DNA of 64,000 nucleotides from Squalus acanthias (taxonomy: Eukaryota), in assembly GCA_030390025.1 (NCBI GenBank), contig CM059435.1, forward strand, positions 114,452,001 through 114,516,000, read 5' to 3'. The notes beneath the pieces are model-generated. The model had not been told where the DNA came from. It made no database searches and worked only from the letters and a program-made list of their open reading frames with translations. Below, piece after piece: positions 53,421-64,000 of this stretch. The stretch's first letter is position 1. Each line of letters opens with the position of its first letter. The position numbers and the translations under genes are program-made.

Positions 53421-55049
53421 TCCAGTAAACTGGTTCAATTCTCAGCTGGATTCCATGAGCAACACCATGGTCGATTTCATAGGTCGTGCACACATTTATT
53501 TTTAAACAATGAATGGCTGGGTTGCAAAAGTTAAATCACTAGATTAAGTCAAGAGGCTCCAGCTGTTAAAATGACAAATTAATGGTTCCTTACTAACAAT
53601 CCCCCAACCCACTTAAAAGCACTCTTGCAGACCAACAACTTGCAATAATATAGCACCTTTAACGTAGTAAAACATCCCAAGGTACTTCACAGGAACCGAG
53701 CCACATATTAGGGCAGATGACCAAAAGCTTGGTCAGAGGTAGGTTTTAAGGAGTGTCTTAAAAGGAGAGAGAGGTAGAGAGGCAAAAAGGTTGAGAGTAT
53801 TCCAGAGCTTAGGACTTCGGCAGCTGAAGGCACGACCGCCAATGGTGGAGCGATTAAAATCAAGAATTAGAGCACAAAACCTCAGCGCTAACCAAACTCC
53901 GACTCATATTGCATACTTTGTGGTGTAGGTCAGTCAGATCCACTCGCATATACACAATACTGCTCTACATACCGTCTGCAGACAAGTTTTAAAAATAAGC
54001 GCTTCGCGAACTCTGGTGAAAATCACAATAGGACAATATTCAGTGGAATCTTGACATTAAACAAAGATTGAATCTCAGTACACAATGTCCACTCCTGGCA
54101 TCAACTTTTGTTTTGCTATACTGAGGTAATACCTCAGGTAATTTTGGCCTGGTCCTGCTCTCCGGCTCCAGAGTGTAGAACAGTTTGTATGAGATCAGGA
54201 GTCTGAACAATCAGCACTCAGATGATTCTCAATTCATCTCTTTGAAGCTGGCTGGTCCAGTAGCTTAATATCTATTCTGTGGTGTTCTTGCATTGGATAA
54301 AGCCCTAAGTTCAATGACTGACTACACACTGATTACAGTGAAGACCAGCAGAATGCTAATGAATACAGGATCAGCACTGATATTGGGCCATGTTTGGGAA
54401 CACATGTACAGTATTGGCAGCAAGTGCATGCAGCCTCAGAACATGAGGAAATCTGGATATATCCAAGACTTTTACCTGTCTCCTTGGACTCCAAGACTCC
54501 ATTGTATTAACATATTTGCCACTACAGATAATTAGTATATGTTTATTACAAGACAAGCATGCCCTTTAACGCACCCTTTTAGAGACTGGATGGCTCCCAA
54601 GGACATTATTAATTTAACTTTAAAACTACCTGCAACAGAACCAGTTAGCAATTTGGGAACTTTGTTACAAACCAGCGAAGGAGCGGACATGTAACCCCCG
54701 CAACAGTGCTTAGTAACGGTGATGGTTTGTTTCTCAAATCCAGTTCTCTACCCATTCTGCGCGAGTAGCAGTTATAAACCTTACACTGTAAGTGTTGGTG
54801 ATTGAAAGCATCACCTAGAACAGTACTCAGCAGAGATGCTGGGAGTGGTTTACTGATGGCTGTCAATTACTTCAGATCTGCATTTTTCAATTTCTGGTTT
54901 TAGCACATGGAACACAAAGTATGTTACAGTTCAGCTTATCCAGAAATTGTGTGCGCACCATATTTCCTTCTAGAACCTGCAGAATCTAGGAGAGCATCAA
55001 TTAACTTGGTATTACTAACATTTCAGACTATGCAAGTAGAAATACTTGC

Positions 55050-55247
55050 CTTCATTTTCTCCTCCTGGAGGTCTGTAGAAAGAAAGGCCTAGCGATATTA
55101 TGGCTGCAATTTCTAAAATAATTAAGGTGACATCTTGTAGTGCTTCCCATACTAACTGAAGAAAAGTCTTTGCTTTTTTGGGAGGTATAGAATTTTCCCC
55201 ATAAACCTGATGCCTTCTTTCGATATCCGCAGGATTTCCAGATAAAC
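55050..55247 (-). CDS. ATP2B1: ATP2B1 exon, 198 nt ([12 protein letters not shown]...RPPGGENE), TM1
   Basis: cag acceptor; donor AAG|gcaagt (GC); phase 1 to 1. Confidence 0.93.
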
Positions 55248-55414
55248 CTGTAGAGAGAAAGTAAGTTTTTAATTTTGATGTGGTTTCAGACATCTTACTG
55301 CAGCAAGCACACTAAATTTAAAGCCGCAATCCTCCTCCTTCCCATTAACAATCACCAAAATAATCAATAAAAATTCAAAAGCTGTGTTTGGTAATTTGAC
55401 CACAAGTACAAAAA

Positions 55415-55775
55415 AGAACATAATAAGAAATAGGAGCTGGAGGTGGTCATTTTGCCCTTCGAGCCTGCTCTGCCATTCAGTAAGATCATGGCTGATCTTC
55501 TGGCTCATCTCCACTTTCCTGCACTATCCCCATATCCCTTAATATTCAAAAATCTATCAATCTCTGTCTTGAATATACTCAATGACTGAGCCTCCACAGC
55601 CCTCTGGGGTAGTGAATTCCAAAGATTCACCAGCCTCTGAGTGAAGAAATTCCTCCTCATCAGTCCTAAATGGCCGACCCCTTATTCTGAGACTGTGACC
55701 CCTGGTTCTGGACTCCCCAGCCAGGGGAAACATCCTCCCTGCATCTACCTTGTCAAGCCCTGTAAAAATTTTGTA
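55415..55775 (-). mobile_element. CR1 LINE 3' end
   Basis: Reverse complement of the same tail. Confidence 0.88.
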
Positions 55776-55893
55776 TGTTTCAAATTTTTACCTTACAATG
55801 CAACCCATACATTAAAAAGACCATTAGGCTACATGGCAACACACAAGGTTCTGTGTGGAGCTACTTCGTTTTTGGAATAGGTTTTCAGAATTT

Positions 55894-55930
55894 ACTTCTG
55901 ACGAAAGGTCATCGACCTGAAACGTTAACT
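55894..55930 (+). ncRNA. Minimal type-I hammerhead ribozyme motif
   Basis: ACTT-CTGACGA-A-AGGTC atc GACCT-GAAA-CG-TT-AACT; palindromic AACGTT. Confidence 0.7.
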
Positions 55931-58482
55931 CGGTTTCTCTCTCTGCAGATGCTGCCTGACTGGACGAGTATTTCCAGCCTTTTCAGTTTTTATTTCAGAA
56001 TTTACTTTTTGTTCTACACAAGAATGTTTAAAGTAACAGTCAAAGGCAGTGATATGAACTGAAGGGAAACACAAAGCCAAACAAAAGCTCCCAACTTAAC
56101 GGATTTTCTATCTTCAAAGAAGGACTTCTAAATTTTGGCATAAAAGCTCTATATATAAAAAGTGTTGTGTTAAGAAACAGCAAGAGACAAACCTCAGATT
56201 CAAGCACACCTTGTGAATGAAGAAAATCAGACAGGGCACTAAGTCAAAAAACATTTTATAAATAACAATAGTAAGCATCTGCATTCAAACATTTATAAAC
56301 CCAAAACAGTAACCACTCCATTTTTCAGATCCTGGCAGACCCATGTCTTTTCCTCTACCTCCGCCCTGTTTTCTCTGTACAGCAGACTCCCAGTTACCTT
56401 GGTCTCAGGAGATTCTAGCCAACTTTCTCTGACATCAGACCACCCACATTATACAACAGCAAATATTACTTTTCTGAAGGCAACTAAAACTACCACAAAC
56501 CCTGTTGCAGTCATCAGTACCTGCATTAGTGTGTGATCTGGGCTTGGTTGCTGACCCATTTTCCATACGATCGGGCAGAAATGATTGCGACAACATCCAA
56601 AAGAAAGGACTATGAGAATAGGATGGTCAAGAGGTAACTAACAGCACTGACCCCAAACCAGTTAAGAAATAACTTGTTCCGGATATCGAAGAACATCAGT
56701 AGCACAGACCAAATGGCCTCTCGCAATTCAGCACTTCGTTATCGCAGAATCGGGATCGGAACCAGCCATTTCATTATAAAAAAGAGGACTTGGGTTGCAG
56801 TCTCAGCAACAGCCTGTGTACACACAATGTACTCATGGGGTTCACATGACTATCGCTGGACATCCCTTGTAATGGTGGGAACCACCACCCAGTAAAACTT
56901 AGAAATTCACATTAAAAAGGAGCCTGAATTCACAAAAATCAGTGATTTTCACCTCTAATCAAATATACAAATTGAACAATTGCGTTATATAAAACTGAAA
57001 TCAATGCTTTATTATAAATCATTTTCTGTTGTACTTTCAAGTGTCACTATTTCATACACATCTCAAACTGCAGCCATTTCAGGGTTATGGAGAGGCTTCT
57101 GAAACCAAGGTGCCCAGACGAGAGCTCATTATAACTATTCTAATAGCAGCTCCAAGCAACACCAGGTAAAGCAGAATGAAGTGGATGCTGGCAAGGGTTT
57201 TTCTGTGGTGGTTAAACGATTTTGAAACAGCCAGTGACCCCCCCATGTAACTGTACAGTGCTGCTGTCCACACTGCAGATAAGGTCCCCACAACCTTCAT
57301 TCCACAGAGCTTTGTTCCAGGCCGCACAAGGTGGGGTTAGGGGGTACAGGAGAAGGGAAGGAGGAGGAATTACATTTTAACGCAATAGAAATTTCTCAGT
57401 ATGAAGACCGTCCAATGGATCTGATTGATGGCAATGGTGGTGCCACATGATTAGCAAGATGACAATATACTAGTATTGAAAGCGCAAGATTTAATGTCAA
57501 TAGATAGAAGACCACACACATTTAATTTGACCTCCCCATACAAATATAGTACATCAAAACTCTTCAGATTCAAAACCGACAGAGTTTGATTTGGAGCATG
57601 TTAACTATTCCAGTTGCTTTGAAAAGAACCCATTATCAAGATTATTTCATGTTTTGTAGCAATATCCTTCATATAAAAAATAAATTTAAGCCAATACTCA
57701 ATTTAAGCCAAATTGCTCCCATCACTGACAGACCAGTAGCCATTGGCATTTCACCTCAATTGCAAAGCTGTCTCCAGACACAATTCAAGCTGGAAAGGGA
57801 CAGAATCAGCTACTGTACTGGTTCCAGTGAACATAGTATGAAATGTCATGCACCCATTATGCTTTATTGAAATCCGAGTGACAACACAAGCGCCCGCCGC
57901 ACCTTATTCCAAGAATGTTCTACTGTACAAGTGGGCTCTGGCACAACGCAATTAGTTTAACTTTTAACCCAAGTTTTGCTCCTAGAAAACAAATGTCTGG
58001 ACTGAAAATTTTGGTTTTAAGCAGAATGCCAAAACTCTGTCCACAACCAAAATGGTACTTTTCAACCAAAGAAACAGGATTTAGCCAATAAAACATTAGC
58101 AGCATTTCCCCAAGATGAGTGAAGAATTCACCCTGTCCCTTATTCTTGCCAAAGACAAGAGGTCCAAAGTTCTGATTTTCTGCAAGAGCAGCATATCCTA
58201 CTTTAATGTGCAAATTGAACAAATGGGGAATGGCTACGTCATACTTTAGAATTAGTGTCTTGATGGTACAAACATTTAACATGTATTTCCAGTATTTAAA
58301 TTATTTAATATAAAGCAAATACACAAATAATTAAATCTAATGGATACCATTATACTGGATAGCATCCTGAATGTAGCATCAAAAGATTTAAATAAAAATG
58401 GGAGGGTTTACACAAACGGCCTGAATAAAAGTTGCTGCAAGTGGAAGAGCTCATTTATTCCCAGATAGAAAGTAAAAAAAAA

Positions 58483-58857
58483 CCTTGCATTTCTATAGCA
58501 CCTTTCACAACCTCAGGAGCGCTTTACAGCCACTGAAATACTTTCGAAGTGTAGTTACTGTTGTAATGCAGGAAACGCGGCATCAATTTGCACACAAGCT
58601 CCCACAAACAGCAATGTGATAATGACCAGATAATCTGTTTTTAGGGATGTTGATTGAAAGATAAATATTGGCCCAGGACACCGGGGATAACTCCCTTGCT
58701 CTTCTTTGAAATAGTGCCATGGGATCTGTTACATCCACCTGAGGGGGCAGACGGGGCCTCGGTTTCACATCTCATCCGAAAGACGGCACCTCCGACAGTG
58801 CAGCACTCCCTCAGTACTGCACTGGAGTGTCAGCCTAGTTTTTGTGCTCAAGTCTCT
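58483..58857 (-). mobile_element. Deu-domain SINE (SacSINE1/AmnSINE1-like), near full length
   Basis: Reverse complement contains ctttcggatgaga...aaaccgaggccccgtctgc...gatcccatggcactattt...gccaatatttatc...gctatagaaatgcaag. Confidence 0.8.
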
Positions 58858-59264
58858 ATTCCTCGATGTACATAATTTACACTCAAGCAGCATGTGGTTG
58901 CAGACGGGACAGGTGAAATATAACTGGCAGGAACTACAGTATTTAAACAAAAAAGATCTGGTATGGGCATGTTCAATACCACATTAGACTGAACTTAAAA
59001 ATTGGCTTACTATAGGTTAAATACTTAATGGTGAATGCAAGTTTAAGATGTTAGATGTACTAATTGAGTAATTAACTCAGCGCTGCTCCTTGGCTGATCC
59101 AGGAAGTCCACGAGTTATTTCCCTCCTTTGGGCTACCTTCGAGAAAGGGAAGCCTTGCTTTCCAGTACAAGACTGGGCCAGAGGATCATCTGAGTCACAT
59201 AGCAGAGAGAAATAAACTGTCGTTTTTGAACCAACTTGGATGTAAGCTTTTTAAAAGGATCAGT

Positions 59265-59278
59265 GTTGCCATGACAAC
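59265..59278. promoter_or_regulatory. RFX X-box GTTGCCATGACAAC
   Basis: 13/14 match to the palindrome GTTGCCATGGCAAC in non-repeat intronic DNA. Confidence 0.5.
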
Positions 59279-59906
59279 AGATGCTGCATGCTTTGCATTT
59301 AAGCAATATAATGTGTATTGCAACACTGCAGAAGTCACCATCAGTTAAAGCTTCAAAACTCTGGATAATAAAGCAGTCTTGCAGAATCTTAATTAGATAC
59401 ATTTATAATGAATATAAACTTTGTTTTATATGGTTATGTAATATAATCTAACTTGATATTGATAATGCTCATCTTTATTCCTAGTTACCTAACCTGCACC
59501 AGAAGGATGCATAGATTTTTGGGCAACTATGATGTGTGATCAGACATATATAACAGGAGCATGTTAAGCAAATATGTATTTAACTGCGTAAGGGGTACAC
59601 ATTTCTTGATGCACTGATGGTCACTGTGTACTCAATTTTTCCACAAATCCATGAGCATACAAGAACATAAGAATTAGGAGTAGGCTGTACAGCCCCTCGC
59701 GCCTGCTCCGCCATTCAATAAGATCATGGCTGATCTTCACCCTCAACTCCACTTTCCCGCCTGATGCTCATATCCTTTGATTCCCGTAGAGTCCAAAAAA
59801 CTAGATCTCAGCCTCGAATATACTCGATTCAGCATTCACAGCCCTCTGGGGTAGGGAATTCCAACGATTCACAACTCTGAAGAAATTCCTCATCTCAGTC
59901 TTAAAT

Positions 59907-61133
59907 TTTTGACTTTTTTTTGATGAAGTAACAGGGAGGATTGATGAAGGGAATGCAATGGATGTTGTCTACATGGATTTTAGGAAGGCGTTTGACAAAG
60001 TACCACATAGAAGGCTGTGTAACAAAATTGAGGCTCATGGAATAGGTGGGTCAGTGGCAGCTTGGATAAGGAACCGGCTAAAGGACAGAAAACAGTGAGT
60101 TGTGGTAAATGGCTGTTTTTCAGACTGGAGGATGGTAGACAGCGGTGTTCCCCAAGGGTCAGTGCTGGGGCCACTGCTTTTTTTGATAAATGACCTGGAT
60201 ATTGGAATCCAGAGTAGAATTTCTAAATTTTCCAATGACACCAAACTTGGGGGGGTGGCAAGTGAGGATGATACCAATCAACTGCAACAGGACATAGAAA
60301 GGCTAGCAGAATGGGCAGACAAGTGGCAGATGGAATTTAATACAGAGAAGTGTGAGGTGATGCATTTTGGCAGAAGGAACAGGGAGAGGCAATATACACT
60401 TAATGGCACAGTTTTAAAGAGTGTGCAGGGACAGAGGGACCTGGGAGTTAATGTGCATAGGTCCCTGAAGGTGACTGGACATATTGAGAGAGTGGTTAGC
60501 AAAGCATATGGGATCTTGGGCTTCATAAATAGAGGTATTGAGTACAAAAGTAGAGAAGTTATGCTGAACCTTTATAAAGCGCTGGTTAGGCCACAACTGG
60601 AATATTGCATCCAGTTCTGGTCACCACACTTTAGGAAGGATGTGAAGGCCCTCGAGAGGGTGCAGAGGAAATTTACCAGAATGGTTCCAGGGATGGGGGA
60701 TCTTAGTTACAAGGACAGGTTGGAGAAGCTGGATTTGTTTTCATTAGAGCAAAGGAAGTTGAGGGGTGATTTGATAGAGGTGTACAAGATTATGACAGGT
60801 TTGGATAGGCTAGATGGGGAAAGGCTGTTCCCACTAGTTGACGGTACAAGGACTAGGGGACACAGATTTAAGGTTTTGGGCAAGAGATACAGGGGGGGGG
60901 ATGCGAGGAAAAAAATTTTATGCAACGAGTGATAATGACCCTGAATTCGCTGCCGACGGAAGTGGTGGAAGCGGAAACACTCAATGTTTTCAAGGGGAGA
61001 CTGGATAGGCACTTGAGGGAAATAAACTTGCAGGGCTACGGGGATAGAGCGGGGGAATGGAACTGACTGGATTGCTCTAGAGAGCCGGCACGGACTCGAT
61101 GGGCCGAATGGCCTCCTGTGCCGTTCTGACTCC
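59907..61133 (+). mobile_element. Younger CR1 LINE 3' fragment with a 276-aa RT C-terminal ORF, nested in another CR1
   Basis: ORF 60102-60932 SGVPQGSVLGPLLF...WADKWQMEFN...LVRPQLEYCIQFWSP; the host CR1 tail at 59661-59906 resumes at 61134-61350. Confidence 0.92.
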
Positions 61134-63199
61134 AAATGGTCAACCCCTTATCCTGAGACTATGCCCCCTAGTTCTAGACTCTCCAGCCAAGGGAAACAAT
61201 CTCTCAGCATCTACCCTGTCAATCCCCTTCAGAATCTTATGTTTCAATGGGATCACTTCTCATATCTTCTAAACTCCAGAGAGTATAGATCCAATCTACT
61301 CACTCAATCTCTCATCCCAGGAATCAATCTAGTGAACCTTTGTTGCAATGTCACAGGAGATCTACACTAGTATTTGAAGAATTTCTGCTGCAGGTACAGC
61401 AGTATAATGCACCACACAACAGGGCAGCTCTGCAAGTGGTTTCAAAGTAGACTGCTCAATGTGTACCTGTAATATTACACTGCATCTAATTGCCCGTTTT
61501 GAAAAATAGCATCCTTACAGAAGGCCCAAATGATTTAAGGGAAGTGTATTTAAATTCTTGTAGCAATCCACATGCTTGACGAGATCCAATTTTTTCCCCC
61601 CCAATCAAGACTCAAGTTTTTCAGAACTTGTATATCCAAGCAGCTCACTATCATGAGATATTAATACTTGCCACTCAGGATATAAGTTAGTAAAATTCAA
61701 CGGTATCTATCAAAATATGGCAGGTTGTATACAGAAATGCCAGCAAAAATCTGGGCTCACACAGTATTTACAAACTGTTCTAAAGTGTTAAAATGACTGC
61801 CTGGTTACCACTGCTCCCTCGAAGATGTGCGGCCACACACGTCCCAGAGCTCACGCGCACTTCAAATTAAATGCCGCGCAGAGAACTGGACTGCTGGAGC
61901 TGGGGAGGGGCCAATACACAATGGCCCGGAATGCAGACGGAGTCGTTTGTGAGTCTTGCGACCTCAGAGCTGATCTCACTTTAGTTACGAGAGAGTCGGG
62001 GCAGCGGCCACATAAGGGAGTAGGTGAGGGGGTTGGTTGTGCCGCTCCAAGAAGTTCCACGTGCTGCAGGCAGAAACTGCAGAGGAGCCGTGCTCAGTCG
62101 GTTGCCATGGTGATGAGGGCAGCATCTCCCTCCTCCGGCGCCACGGTTTCAGGGGGCCTGTGTTACACAAACTCCGCGGTCCCCAAGGGGCAAATCGGAG
62201 TGGGGCCAGTTCAGTGCAGCCGGCCACCGCTATGGGGCTGGACGAAGCTTTAAAAATCAGTGGGAGAGATCGATAGATAACCACGTGTACCTCATCTGTT
62301 GCAGGTAAAACTCGGCGACTCACTCATCTGTAACAGGTGAGCAAGAAGGGACTTTGTTGCTGTCAGATGGCAGAGACATGTTTTAGGAGAGGAAATGAGA
62401 AACGAGTTTGTGCGACTTGAGTTGTACGTATCCGCTTTTTAAAATTAAATGATCCTACTGCAGATGGGTTTGTAAGATCAGGCTTTCAATCATTAGGTGA
62501 AGCAAGGAAGCATTTTAAAGAGTGATTAACACAAGTTTAACTTACTTTTATATAAATCCAATATTTATGGTTTTAGTCTTATTGCTGATGAAAGTTCATA
62601 AAAACCAACGAAAAGTGGGGAAAATTGGAGCTTACTTTTGAAAATCAGATTTCTGGCGTCAGGTTTATATTTTTAGAAATGTTGAGGCACCTCACTTTCT
62701 ACAGGCCAACCCAATTAGCACATCTGTCTGAAGAATTCAAACCGCCTGGGGGCAACAAAGGTTGCCTTTGTCAAACAAAAAAGAGATTTTTTTAATTTTT
62801 TTTTAATTCAGAAAATTGTTTAAAGCCGGAAAAAATACGGGAAAGTGACGTTAATTTTACCGTAAACAAAGTTGCAGAATGGGCATGTAAATAACAAATG
62901 AATTTCCATATAGATGTGTGAGGTGGTGCATTTTGGTAGGAGGAAGAGGGAGGTGACCCACTCCTTGGAAAATAAAAGTCTAAATGGGGTAGGGCTGCAA
63001 AGGGATCGAGGGGTATAGATTCACAAATCATTAAAAGTAGCACCGCAGGTTAAAAAAGCCATAAAAGTGCAAATAAAGCACGGGGGGGGGGGGGGGGTTT
63101 ATTTCTAGAGGAACTAAATTCAAAAGCAGGAGTTAAACTTGTATAGAACCTTGTCTGATTGTCTCATGATTTGAGACAGTGCGGTGGCAATACTGTATA

Positions 63200-63624
63200 C
63201 AGGAAACTTTCGTTTATCCGGCATCGACGGGACCGGCGTGGTGCCGGTTTATCGAAAGTACCGGATAACGGAGAGTTATATCTACCGAGGCTATTTTTAA
63301 CAAAGAGACTCCAGGCAGCGCGGGAGAATCAAATCCTGCTATTGCAGTGTTTCGGACTTCCGACAGCGCCAGGTGGCCGAGTAGTGGCACTTTTGAAAAG
63401 TACCCCTACTGACTAAATCGGCGTTCGCGGACTCGGTCTCTGACTCGGGATCGGCAACATTGCCGGTTATTTGAGAGGAGTTTTCGGAGCACTCGGCGTT
63501 CGCGGAGACTCGACTGCGACTCGGCAACATTGCCGGTTATTTGAGAGGAGTTTTCGGAGGATGATTTTTGCCGGTTAAGCGAGAATTCCGGATATTTGGG
63601 TGCCGGATAAACGAAAGTTTCCTG
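63200..63624. mobile_element. 425-bp MITE of Tc1/mariner (pogo/Tigger-like) type
   Basis: Perfect 24-bp TIR CAGGAAACTTTCGTTTATCCGGCA / TGCCGGATAAACGAAAGTTTCCTG; TA on both sides (63198-99, 63625-26); CpG-rich. Confidence 0.92.
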
Positions 63625-64000
63625 TATATGCTTTGAAGTGGTTGCTGGTGTAAAATTTGCCCACGGACGAAAAGGTCACACTCAAAGGTGTTTGTGGTCC
63701 GCTAAGTACAAAAAAAAAAGAGGGGGAACATTGCTGGTTACAAACATTTCCAAACAGACATTTCCAGTGAATTTGAAGATAAGGATATATAGTCAACTTT
63801 CTTTTGTTGGGGGGGGAAGTGTTGAGGCAAGATCGCAAGTTAGAAGATAAATGTCCTAAGGCACAAGCTTTATTTGAATGTCTTAACATTTCCAAATTGC
63901 TGAGCAAGTTTATCCGATGAGTAACTGAGCTGTACAGAACAGAAAAGTCCTCTTAGCTGATCACAGCCAGGGTCTCTGTGCCTGAGGGTGGGAAAATAAA

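Noticed and set aside
60102-60932. 276-aa ORF as a host gene
   Set aside because: It is a 5'-truncated CR1 reverse-transcriptase C-terminus.
61825-62323. 142-aa and 112-aa ORFs in the GC-rich island
   Set aside because: No recognisable domain; open frames are expected at this GC content.
55248-64000. ATP2B1 start-codon exon (MGDMANN...-like)
   Set aside because: No matching frame found by eye; probably upstream of the window.

Overview
This is vertebrate genomic DNA, and the repeat content (Deu-type SINEs, CR1 and L2 LINE tails, Penelope-like elements) points to a cartilaginous fish. The window holds most of a plasma-membrane Ca2+-ATPase gene, ATP2B1/PMCA1, on the minus strand. I mapped 19 exons by hand (55247 down to stop at 7868). 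They splice into a continuous 3425-nt frame of about 1140 aa ending in the PDZ ligand ETSL. The ATG exon was not found and probably lies beyond 64000. The 39-nt splice-site-A exon and a 157-nt splice-site-C exon are present. The introns are filled with SINE/LINE fragments and a young TA-flanked MITE. Highlights: (1) candidate extra exons in the repeat-free site-C intron, including a 56-nt exon that would restore the PDZ-bearing frame after the frameshifting 157-nt exon; (2) a GC-AG intron; (3) three minimal hammerhead-ribozyme cores in Penelope-like repeats; (4) an LF-SINE-like element; (5) RFX/E-box enhancer candidates; (6) inverted CR1 pairs flanking exon pairs. Repeat family names and human comparisons are from recalled consensus sequences, not searches, and repeat boundaries are approximate.
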